Shown here one piece after another: positions 1 to 8,741 of a stretch of 57,309 nt of DNA (its first letter is position 1; every line of letters starts with the position of its first letter). The translations under genes and the position numbers were made by a program. The DNA comes from Bacteroidales bacterium (GTDB lineage Bacteria > Bacteroidota > Bacteroidia > Bacteroidales > CAIWKO01): assembly GCA_035389045.1 (NCBI GenBank), contig DAOORA010000022.1:1-57309 (forward strand), in the 5' to 3' direction. The notes beneath the pieces are model-generated. The model was not told the origin of the DNA. It was given only the letters and a program-made list of their open reading frames with translations, and did not search any database.

Positions 1-25
1 GTTTTCAACATGGGAAAACCCAAAA

Positions 26-2539
26 TTAACATTTAAGGCTGCAATGTGGGTTAATTTTCTGAGAAAGAGAACTTAGCATCAGGGACTTTTTATGTTTTAC
101 CGTTAAATCAATGCACGCCTCCTGTATCGAAAAATTGTCTATTAAAGCTCCCTTTGATGAATCATTTTCGGTAGCAACAATGTTGAAACGGAACTGAACC
201 CCGGGGCAACCGCTCAGGAAAGGAATATCCAATATGAATTTCGTACTCCTGTCGGCATCCCTGCCATTATAACCATTTCCCCAGGCAAATGTCGGGGCAA
301 AAGCAGGCTCGCTCAGGGCGAACAAAGCATCAGTTTCACCGGTATAAGTAACCACGTCTTTGCCATCGTCGCGGTCGTACACCATAGTGTTATACCAGCG
401 GTTATATGAAAACTCATTAGTGGTGCCAAGTATTGCCCATGTTGCGCCGCCGTCTTTTGAATAACTCATATTTATTAATCCATTTACCCACATCGACTGG
501 GACATCTTCATGTCAAACAAAACAACAGGATGTGGCGAAAGCGACAAGTTAAAAACCGGAGTATACAAATGCATACGGCTCATGGGGACATTACTACCGG
601 TATCATTAGAAATCCAGGCTTTGGTCCCTGAAAACACCGTGTCAAATAAAATTCCGTCCGGAAACCCCAGCTGCCATAAGTCTTTTCCTAATGACGAGTT
701 ATGGCGCCATCCATCAACTTGTGTTTCAAAATCGTTGAAATACGGAATGGTGAAAGGGGCTTTCTGATAAACAGTAAAACAACCGGTGTTGTTATATTCC
801 CTCATTTCATCCAGGATATCAGAAGTATCTAAAACATAAAATATATAATATTTTCCGGTTGTATTCACTGGTTTTAAATAAGCAAAATGCGTCCATATTT
901 TTTCCCCGCCGGCCAAAAGTGGTTCTGCTTTCGCTCCGAGAAAGATATCTCCGTTGTCAAAAATCGAATCATTTGACCAATAAAATGCTGTAACAGCAGA
1001 AGGAGCCTGGACAGTGCCGCTATTAACCAAATAATATTTCAGTGAATCGCTCGTGATTGCTGCAGCGGTGAACCGATCATCTTTATCTCTTTCGATACTT
1101 ATATCAGGTTTTGCGATTCCGATATAAACATCGTCAAAGATGATACCCTGTCCTCCGCCATATTCAAAAAGAAACCGGATACAATTCCTTGATGATAATG
1201 AATTTAAACTGATATTGACAAAATCCCATTCATCGTCCTGGCAAACAGGGACTGTGGCAAGATTGCAGCAACTGTAACCGCAATTATCGCTATAATGTGT
1301 CAGAAATGAACTCCCGTTATTTTTATACCAAAACCCCAATACCAGATTTCCCGTATCCGAAGTCAGATCAAAATAGGGTGTGGCAAGAAATTGCGAGCCC
1401 GATCCGGAGCCATAATAAGCAAACAAGGTGTTATTCCAGGCGTTTTTCCCTGAATGTGCACCGTCAATATGGAAATATAGCCCTTTACCCAAAGTCCATA
1501 TCTTGATTGGTGCAAGAGAGGGCGGGGTTGTGTTCCATGGCAGAATAAGGTTTTCAAGATCATCCACATAAGGTAGGTTATATATTGAATCACATTTCAA
1601 AACCGCATAACCCAAATTATCCGATTCGTTGTTTTCCCGTAAAACATTCAAGGCATCATGCTGATAAATAATATAATAAAAGCCTGCGTGTAAATTGGCG
1701 GGGGGGGATATGGTTTGAGACCAGTTGTTTATTTGTGGCTGAAAAAAGGTTGAGGATTTAGAGGTTAAATATATATCCGATGAATCAAGAATGGTATCAT
1801 TTGAAAGATAATATTTTGTCGTGTTGGTAATCCATGTTGAATATTCGTTATCAAAACCAATGGTTGTCGTCAGGACAAAACCGGGACAATGTTTTGTAAC
1901 AGAAATGGTATCACTATTAACCGCATAGAGATTTTGTTCATCTTTTGCAATACTGAAATTATCAATCATCCAGCCGGAACCATAGGGAATATTCTTATAA
2001 CGGAACCTGAATTTTATGCTGTCTTGTCCCTGAATAAGAGCCAACGTGATAAGCGAACGATCAAAATTTGCATAGACATTTCCGTAAAACCCGGTGTTTT
2101 GTTGCCAGTTTATTTTTTTTGTAGTTGTATAATTTAAAATTTGCCATGTGGCGCCATGATCAGTAGAGTATTCGACGAAAAAATGCGGGGCTGAAGGATT
2201 TCCTGTCTGACGCTTGTGATAGAATGACAATGTATATTCCTGTGTCGTATCTGAAAGATTAAAATAAGGAGTTTCCAGAACAAAATTTGAAGTATCATTC
2301 GTACCTCCATTTAAAATTGTAACCCAAACGTAAGGCGGAGTATATTGATCACAAAAATAAGGAATGCATGGAGCGCCTCTCTCCCAGTAGCTTACTCCCG
2401 ATAGGGAATAATGGTCCCAGCCAATCGTATCATCAGGATTGTCGAAGTTGTTTTGATAAGGAACTGTAAAAATCTGCCCGTTTACACTTATATGTAAACA
2501 TATAAATATCATAAAAAATAAAATACGAAATCTTCTCAT
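26..2539 (-). CDS. Secreted repeat protein with alternating jelly-roll (MAM/cleaved-adhesin-like) and CARDB-like domains; appears C-terminally truncated
   Basis: Sec signal ending in G-Q; repeated 'PY.NDFE..W', 'TP.FNLS' and 'YS.D.GATW' units; CARDB-like 'D..N...E..E.NN' motifs; ends just after a new 'DLTV' domain start with no T9SS CTD. Confidence 0.7.
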   Translation of the reverse strand: MRRFRILFFMIFICLHISVNGQIFTVPYQNNFDNPDDTIGWDHYSLSGVSYWERGAPCIPYFCDQYTPPYVWVTILNGGTNDTSNFVLETPYFNLSDTTQEYTLSFYHKRQTGNPSAPHFFVEYSTDHGATWQILNYTTTKKINWQQNTGFYGNVYANFDRSLITLALIQGQDSIKFRFRYKNIPYGSGWMIDNFSIAKDEQNLYAVNSDTISVTKHCPGFVLTTTIGFDNEYSTWITNTTKYYLSNDTILDSSDIYLTSKSSTFFQPQINNWSQTISPPANLHAGFYYIIYQHDALNVLRENNESDNLGYAVLKCDSIYNLPYVDDLENLILPWNTTPPSLAPIKIWTLGKGLYFHIDGAHSGKNAWNNTLFAYYGSGSGSQFLATPYFDLTSDTGNLVLGFWYKNNGSSFLTHYSDNCGYSCCNLATVPVCQDDEWDFVNISLNSLSSRNCIRFLFEYGGGQGIIFDDVYIGIAKPDISIERDKDDRFTAAAITSDSLKYYLVNSGTVQAPSAVTAFYWSNDSIFDNGDIFLGAKAEPLLAGGEKIWTHFAYLKPVNTTGKYYIFYVLDTSDILDEMREYNNTGCFTVYQKAPFTIPYFNDFETQVDGWRHNSSLGKDLWQLGFPDGILFDTVFSGTKAWISNDTGSNVPMSRMHLYTPVFNLSLSPHPVVLFDMKMSQSMWVNGLINMSYSKDGGATWAILGTTNEFSYNRWYNTMVYDRDDGKDVVTYTGETDALFALSEPAFAPTFAWGNGYNGRDADRSTKFILDIPFLSGCPGVQFRFNIVATENDSSKGALIDNFSIQEACIDLTVKHKKSLMLSSLSQKINPHCSLKC

Positions 2540-2580
2540 TAGTAAGATTATTTATCCGTCAAAATTATGATTTAATTTAA

Positions 2581-3349
2581 GGGCACCTCACAAAACTTCA
2601 AAAGAAGGTGTTTTCATTTTTTGAGGTGGTGATTGAGAAAAATGTTACTTTGAGTTTAGAAAAATGACAGCGTTTTCTTCAGACATACCATAGGAAATAA
2701 ACGTTAACAGGGGCAGCGCCCCGAGCTATTTGTAAGCATTGCTGCACCTTATAAAAGTAAGGTGCAGCGCACCGTAACATACTCTTTGCTATCCCATCAC
2801 AAAAAGATGTTCGGGCACGGTACTCATGGTAATTGTATTCGTCAGTAATGTGTACAAATGCCAGGTAACAATGCCTGTTTTTCCGGATGTGTAAACAAGA
2901 TGTATACATCATTGCGAATAGGTCTGCCATAATCAGGAGCACCATATTTTGGTACGCTGTACCTCATTGTTCAAACGTATCATGATTTTTACAAAGGATG
3001 CGGTGGTCTGCACCGGCCATTTGCGACGTCAAAAAAAACAATACCAAAGTGAAATTCCGGATAATCTATGCCTGCAGATTCCGCTGTGACGGATCTAACA
3101 CTGATGCAGAGCAATATCATACTTTGCCCTCCTGCTTATATTCAGACAGGGTTATTCCGATAGAAAAATGTGAGTTTAGGGCATCTCTAATTACCTTGAT
3201 CGGGCGCCTCTAAAAACAAAAAAGTTCGAGGCAGTCGAAGTTCTGAAAACCAAAATGTACTGAGCGTACATGCCAGTGCTGAACCTGCCGGACGCAAGGA
3301 TTTGAAGAATGAAGACGAACGAAGAATTTTGAAGTTTTAAGAGGTGCCC
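2581..3349. mobile_element. Composite of non-autonomous IS-end remnants bounded by GGGCACCTC...GAGGTGCCC inverted repeats; includes a ~150 bp MITE at 3202-3349
   Basis: GGGCACCTCACAAAACTTCAAAA at 2581 is an imperfect inverse of TTTTGAAGTTTTAAGAGGTGCCC ending 3349; an inner end GGGCGCCTCTAAAAAC lies at 3202; no transposase ORF. Confidence 0.6.
2704..3019. repeat. REP/REPIN-like cluster: two direct plus two inverted short hairpins
   Basis: GGGGC-AGC-GCCCC, GGTGC-AGC-GCACC, inverted GGTAC-GCT-GTACC and a degenerate GGTGGTCTGCACC; same arrangement at 17598-17897. Confidence 0.7.
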
Positions 3350-3361
3350 TATATTTATTTA

Positions 3362-3691
3362 ACTTAAGTTTCGCATGATTTTTTATCTCACGCAGCCGGA
3401 CACAGCGTGGCAATGAGGGTTGATACGAACCATTTTTTTGATGTTTAATTTATTTTTTCCTTCGTGTCCCTTTGTGAATTTCCTTCGTGCGACCTCGTGG
3501 TTAAGTTTTTTTCACCACTAAGGCGCACAAAGTGTTTGCACTAAGGCGCACAAAGGAGAATCTGCTCTGACTGACCGTAGTTTTGTTCTTTTTGACTATA
3601 TGTAAAAAAGTTGTTTCCCATAGTGTTAATCTCTTTACAATCCACTAATGATTGGTATTTATCAATTTATTTTTTTATGCGAAACTTCAGT
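3362..3691. mobile_element. 330 bp MITE with AC...GT termini (IS982-like) and a 6 bp target duplication
   Basis: TIRs ACTTAAGTTTCGCAT and ATGCGAAACTTCAGT (1 mismatch); flanked by TATTTA at 3356-3361 and 3692-3697. Confidence 0.7.
3459..3556. repeat. Solo hairpin repeat of the GxxExxY-flanking design
   Basis: (CTT[C/T]GTG)n-GTGGT, an AT-rich spacer, then ACCAC-(TAAGGCGCACAAAG)x2; same design as 47301-48156. Confidence 0.55.
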
Positions 3692-3782
3692 TATTTAATT
3701 GATAAACATTGAACAATTCAGCTCCACAAAAAAAGATTTATCCTATATTTTTGAATAAAATCCCTTCGATTGATTTTTTTTA

Positions 3783-3790
3783 TATTTTTG
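3783..3790 (+). promoter_or_regulatory. Bacteroidota -7 promoter element for tRNA-Thr
   Basis: TATTTTTG matches TAnnTTTG, 27 nt upstream of the tRNA. Confidence 0.55.
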
Positions 3791-3817
3791 CCCCGTTATT
3801 TTAATAAATAACATCAG

Positions 3818-3893
<76 letters not shown>

Positions 3894-4007
3894 GTTACAA
3901 ATCGCTGTTTTCATGCCTGCATCGGGCAGGGAATCCCTAAGTGGCTGATCATTAGCCAGGTTCAGAAATCCAAAGGGTTACAGCATATTTCTACGGAATT
4001 TTATTCC

Positions 4008-5420
4008 TTACTTTTTAACCACAAATTTCAGTGTCTGGTTTTGTGATCCATCCGCTATCACGACCAGAAAAATGGATGGTGTCGCTGTAGGAAGAACAAA
4101 GGAACTTTGGCTGCCTGTCATGCAGCTTAGTGATTTCCCGGCAATTTTGGCTCCCAGCAGATTGTATACATCTAAATTAAAATTATGGCTGCTTCCGGAA
4201 TTATAAAAAACAAGGGAATTATTGCCGGGATCATAATAAATACTATTCTGCATTTGTTTACCGGTCGATATTCCTGCTGATAACTCGTTGTAACGCGTCA
4301 TGAATTCTTCAAAATACATGGCCGCCACTTGTCCGTCGTGAATGATCAGGGTGTTTTCATCATAATCATCTTCGGCGGAGTTAGTCCAGTTATGCGAACC
4401 CGTGATCACCAGAGGGTCTGAATTCTGATCCGTGGCATCGGCCACACCGTATTTGTGATGAAACGAATTGGGAATGGTTTGATGCGACAATACCGGGATG
4501 CCGGCAGCCACAAGCGAAGAATACTCTGAACCGATGTAATAAATATTCTCTATGATACCCCTGACCGCCGCACCCGCATTGTGAACATCCACTACCGCAT
4601 CACCGATACCGTTATGAATAAATGTAAACATGGCAAAACAAAAATCGGTTACGGCTGAATGAACCGCCGTTTCAATATGTGAAGAAGTTCCGTCACTCGG
4701 TGAAAAATAAAGTTCCACCGTCTTACCACCTATGGTAAAGGTATGGGGTGTATTATCAGTTTTTGCAGCGCCAAACTTTGAATTTGAGATGTTGGGTGTA
4801 GTTCCCGCGGATCCCCACATCTCTTCAAACTCTGCAGTATATGCCAGTGCCAGCATTTTATCCTGTATAAAAACAACATTGTTGGGATCCACGGTGAGAT
4901 TGTCGGGAGTATGATTGGCAGAACCCGTGATCAGCCACGAACCGTTATCGCTGTCCCTGTCGATGATCACAAACTTGTTGTGCATCACATTGGTGCCGTC
5001 GTCCCTTTTAAGCAAAGGAACAGAAATATTCAGGTCCGACAGCGAAGAATTCAGGGCAGTGGTTTCAGAGATGAACCTGACCACCACACCTCTGGAATAA
5101 GCCTGATTTACAGCGTCAATGATAGCGTCGCTCCGGTTGTCATAAACACACATGTCGAGCGTGGTCTGTGCTTTATTGATATAAGCCACAATAGTATCTT
5201 CCATGTGTGGATTATACAGGCCATCCGCAAACGGAGAAATATTGTTGTCGACCGGATTGGTAAAATAAACACGGATAATGCCTGTAGATTCTGTATTAAA
5301 AGACTGGGAAATAAGTTGCCGAGGTAATAATAAATGTACAATACAAAGAAAAAATATACTGCCGGTTCTGCAACAAAACCCTGTTACATTCAGCGTTCCG
5401 GTAAAAACAGTTGGTATCAA
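4008..5420 (-). CDS. Phospholipase D-superfamily (PLDc/Nuc-like) protein with probable T9SS C-terminal domain
   Basis: Two HKD motifs (MHNKFVIID, HHKYGVAD) each followed by TGSxN; C-terminal 'VYNLLG...LKFVVKK'; exact start uncertain. Confidence 0.85.
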   Translation of the reverse strand: MIPTVFTGTLNVTGFCCRTGSIFFLCIVHLLLPRQLISQSFNTESTGIIRVYFTNPVDNNISPFADGLYNPHMEDTIVAYINKAQTTLDMCVYDNRSDAIIDAVNQAYSRGVVVRFISETTALNSSLSDLNISVPLLKRDDGTNVMHNKFVIIDRDSDNGSWLITGSANHTPDNLTVDPNNVVFIQDKMLALAYTAEFEEMWGSAGTTPNISNSKFGAAKTDNTPHTFTIGGKTVELYFSPSDGTSSHIETAVHSAVTDFCFAMFTFIHNGIGDAVVDVHNAGAAVRGIIENIYYIGSEYSSLVAAGIPVLSHQTIPNSFHHKYGVADATDQNSDPLVITGSHNWTNSAEDDYDENTLIIHDGQVAAMYFEEFMTRYNELSAGISTGKQMQNSIYYDPGNNSLVFYNSGSSHNFNLDVYNLLGAKIAGKSLSCMTGSQSSFVLPTATPSIFLVVIADGSQNQTLKFVVKK

Positions 5421-5425
5421 AGAAA

Positions 5426-6898
5426 TCAGCCCTTCAGGTTAATTTTTAATTTTTGCCCGGGTTTTAAAACATTCTGGTTTTGCAGGTTGTTCAGTTTTCT
5501 AATTTCATCCACGGTAGCTTTGTATTTGTTTGCAATACCCCACAGGGTGTCGCCTTTCTGGACGGTATGATATACGATCTTGCCGGATACCGGAGCTTTT
5601 TGTGTTACGGGTTTTGCATCCACCGTTTGAGTTTTATCCAACCGGGTTTGCTGAGTTTCCTGATTCTGAGACTTTACAGGGTTTTGTGACTGCTGCTGTG
5701 AATTTTTTGCTGCTGCGTTTGTTTTAGCGGCCATAACAGGGCTGGGCGATGTTTTTACGGCAGACATTTTTTTCAGTTGTGCCTGATATTGGGCTTCCTC
5801 GGGTGTTTTGTAACAATAAATGGCATCCTCATTGCTGATAAAATCGCCCATAAATTTCCTCGGCAGACATAAGACATAGGGTTTTTCTTTCGTGGCCGGA
5901 ATAATTCCTTTTTTATATGCCGGGTTCAGAAATTTAATGTCTTCTTCAGGAACACACAGATAAGATGCTATCTGACTGATATTAAAATCTTTGGTTATGG
6001 TTATCGTGTCCATATCGCAATGCATTACAGGCGGCTGAACCGGGTAGAGGTTGTGTTCGGTGGCGTAAGTCATCGTATATGAAGCACCGATAAAAGCCGG
6101 TACATAATTCTGTGTTTCCACCGGCAAAAACCGTTGAATCTTCCAATAGGTGATACGCTCGCTCGTATCGAGGTTGGCGGTACGTATGGCCCGGTTGATA
6201 CAGCCTGCGCCGGCATTATAAGCAGCAAGCACTATCGCCCAGTCGTGATAGATATTATAGAGATCCTTTAAATGCCTGCAGGCGGCTACCGTAGCCTTGT
6301 ATGGATCCAAACGGTCGTCAACATACGAGGTGACCTGCAGATCATACAATTTTCCGGTGGTAAGCATAAATTGCCATAAGCCGCTGGCTCCTGCACGTGA
6401 CTTTGCAACAGGATTCAGGGCTGACTCAATGATGGCAAGGTATTTTAATTCCAGTGGAAGGTCATATTTATCTAATTGTTCTTCAAATAAGGGAAAATAA
6501 ATCTCCGACATGCCAAGCATTCTGGAGGTAAGCTTACGCTTTTTTACCGAATAAACATCAATGTAGTTTCTTACCTGCTGGTTATATACATATTCAAAGG
6601 GCGAGTTGATCCCCATCGTTTGGATACGTTTACTGTAAACGCTGTCATCATAAACAGGAACCGAATCTGCGGGGAAATTATGAATGTTCAGTTTAGACAC
6701 ATCCGTGGTAAAATCAGCATTCGTAAAAAACGCCAGCGAGGCCAGGCTGTCAAGCTGGGCCACTACGGGATTGTCTTTTAAAAAATTTGAATCCGGCTGA
6801 TGTTGTGGTAAGGTAAAAAATACAGGAAAAGCTGACGCTGAAAAACAAAAAAACGACGATAAAACAAATAAAAAAATTCCTCTCTGGTACAAATTCAT
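5426..6898 (-). CDS. mltD: MltD-like lytic transglycosylase (SLT + LysM)
   Basis: LAIIESALNP, GASGLWQFM, LAAYNAG, ETQNYV; C-terminal LysM HTVQKGDTLWGIA. Confidence 0.9.
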   Translation of the reverse strand: MNLYQRGIFLFVLSSFFCFSASAFPVFFTLPQHQPDSNFLKDNPVVAQLDSLASLAFFTNADFTTDVSKLNIHNFPADSVPVYDDSVYSKRIQTMGINSPFEYVYNQQVRNYIDVYSVKKRKLTSRMLGMSEIYFPLFEEQLDKYDLPLELKYLAIIESALNPVAKSRAGASGLWQFMLTTGKLYDLQVTSYVDDRLDPYKATVAACRHLKDLYNIYHDWAIVLAAYNAGAGCINRAIRTANLDTSERITYWKIQRFLPVETQNYVPAFIGASYTMTYATEHNLYPVQPPVMHCDMDTITITKDFNISQIASYLCVPEEDIKFLNPAYKKGIIPATKEKPYVLCLPRKFMGDFISNEDAIYCYKTPEEAQYQAQLKKMSAVKTSPSPVMAAKTNAAAKNSQQQSQNPVKSQNQETQQTRLDKTQTVDAKPVTQKAPVSGKIVYHTVQKGDTLWGIANKYKATVDEIRKLNNLQNQNVLKPGQKLKINLKG

Positions 6899-7032
6899 TC
6901 GCTATAATATTGATTTAGTTAATATTATATGGTTATTTCACCATTTTCGTTTTACAAATAAACAAATTATATTTGAAAAACCAAAAGTTTTTTTTGCTTT
7001 TTTTGAAAAAAAACTTCAGAATGGGCTGTAAA

Positions 7033-7746
7033 TCAGAAAGGTGTTTTACAAAAATCAGAAAGGTACTTATCGGCAAATTCCCGGACACATCCCTGTCCAC
7101 CCCTGAGCGACAATATTATATTCACTTTTTCCCTTACCTGTTCTGCGGCATCGGCAGGACAGGCAGACAGCCCGACTTGGGTAATCACCGGAATATCATT
7201 AAGATCATCACCCAGGTAAGCCACATTTTTTAATGATATCCCCATCTCATCACACCATTTTTCAAGGATCTCCATTTTTTTCCAGGTTCCGATATATACT
7301 TTCTTTACGCCCAAAACATTTGCTCTGTGAGTTATGGTGTTATGCGTAAATCCCGAACTGAGAAAACCTACCTGGTAGCCGGCATTTATCAGGCTGATGA
7401 TCGCAAGTCCGTCTTTGGCATTGAACTTTTTGATCTCATCACCTGTTTCGGTATAGATTATTCCGCCGTCGGTCATCACCCCGTCGATGTCAAGAACCAG
7501 AAATTTGAAATCGAATGTTTTGACTACCTGTTCGACGATGGAGATATCTTCGGTCAGAAGTTTGTTCAGCGGATAATTCAAAAAACCGGAGATCTTTATA
7601 AGCTGTTCTGCATCAGGCAGGTTCTTCTTTGTCAGAAAATCATGGATATGGTTCTCTGCAATACCTGTCGCATCCGCCCACGTCCGGGCATCCATCTTTC
7701 GCTGAACGGACAGGTAGTTAAAGTTTTCTGAAAAAAAACACTTCAT
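7033..7746 (-). CDS. XRE-type HTH domain fused to a KdsC/YrbI-family HAD phosphatase
   Basis: N-terminal ~70 aa is HTH-like; DIDGVMTDG, KKFNAKDG, GDDLND, PADA and GGQGCVRE are KdsC motifs. Confidence 0.85.
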   Translation of the reverse strand: MKCFFSENFNYLSVQRKMDARTWADATGIAENHIHDFLTKKNLPDAEQLIKISGFLNYPLNKLLTEDISIVEQVVKTFDFKFLVLDIDGVMTDGGIIYTETGDEIKKFNAKDGLAIISLINAGYQVGFLSSGFTHNTITHRANVLGVKKVYIGTWKKMEILEKWCDEMGISLKNVAYLGDDLNDIPVITQVGLSACPADAAEQVREKVNIILSLRGGQGCVREFADKYLSDFCKTPF

Positions 7747-8741
7747 ATGATGGTGCGGTTAACAGCTTTTGCAATAGGTTTCAGGGTTTCGAACAATGCT
7801 GTGAATTGCTCATGGTTGAGTTGCTGTGAGGCATCCGAAAGCGCTGCAGCAGGATTGGGATGTACTTCTATCAGAAGGCCTTCAACACCCATGGCCATAC
7901 AGGCGCGGGCAAGGTCGGGAACGCCGTAAGCATATCCCATGGCATGGCTCGGGTCGAGGATCACAGGCAGGTTGGTGTTCTCTTTCAGATATGCCGCCCC
8001 GCAGAGATCTAAGGTAAAACGCGTCTTGGTTTCAAAAGTGCGTATCCCGCGTTCGCATAATATCACATTAGGATTACCGCCCGAAAGGATGAATTCGGCT
8101 GCCTGGACAAATTCCTGCAGGGTGGTTCCAAAACCCCGCTTGAGCAAAACGGGCTTTTGTGTTTTCCCGCATTTGCGCAATATTCCGTGGTCATACATCG
8201 ATTTGGCTCCGATCTGAATGACATCGGCATATTCAATTACGTCGTCAACATGAGTGGAGTCGCGTACTTCCGAAATTATGGTAAACCCATATTTCCGGCG
8301 GATATCGTCCAACAATTTCAGGCCATTGATGCCCAGCCCCTGAAACGTATAGGGCGAAGTTCTCGGTTTAAAACAACCGCCCCTGAGGGTTTTTAAGCCC
8401 ATCTGTCTGAGGAACCCGGCCGACTGATCGATCTGCTCTTCTGATTCTACCGAACAGGGGCCAATGGCAATCAGGACATTGCCGGAGTCTCCTCCGATGT
8501 AATTATCGCCGATCCTGACACTGCGCTTGCCATTGATATATTTTCTGCTTGCCAGCTGGATGTCGGAGTCGAAAACAAAGGATTCCGGGAAAAATTCCTT
8601 ATCGTCTTCCCCGGTCTTTTTCAAAGCCGACGGCGTGATCAGCACATTGTATTCGCTGGTTTTGAGAATGATAGCTTCGTATTTGGCAGCCAGCTGCTGC
8701 AACTTCTGCGGATCAAGATTTTTATCGGTATGGAGTATCAT
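7743..8741 (-). CDS. Type I-beta DAHP-synthase-like 3-deoxy-ulosonate phosphate synthase
   Basis: GPCSVE, GGCFKPRTSPY.FQGLG, QIGAKSM, LLKRG, CERGIRTFE, DPSHA, IEVHP, SDA. Confidence 0.9.
   Translation of the reverse strand: MILHTDKNLDPQKLQQLAAKYEAIILKTSEYNVLITPSALKKTGEDDKEFFPESFVFDSDIQLASRKYINGKRSVRIGDNYIGGDSGNVLIAIGPCSVESEEQIDQSAGFLRQMGLKTLRGGCFKPRTSPYTFQGLGINGLKLLDDIRRKYGFTIISEVRDSTHVDDVIEYADVIQIGAKSMYDHGILRKCGKTQKPVLLKRGFGTTLQEFVQAAEFILSGGNPNVILCERGIRTFETKTRFTLDLCGAAYLKENTNLPVILDPSHAMGYAYGVPDLARACMAMGVEGLLIEVHPNPAAALSDASQQLNHEQFTALFETLKPIAKAVNRTII

Noticed and set aside
2679..3413. Short ORFs as transposase fragments
   Set aside because: No DDE or Y1 motifs; they run across palindromic repeats and look spurious
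7743..8741. Calling this gene kdsA
   Set aside because: The substrate motif is KPRTS (DAHP type), not KANRS/T
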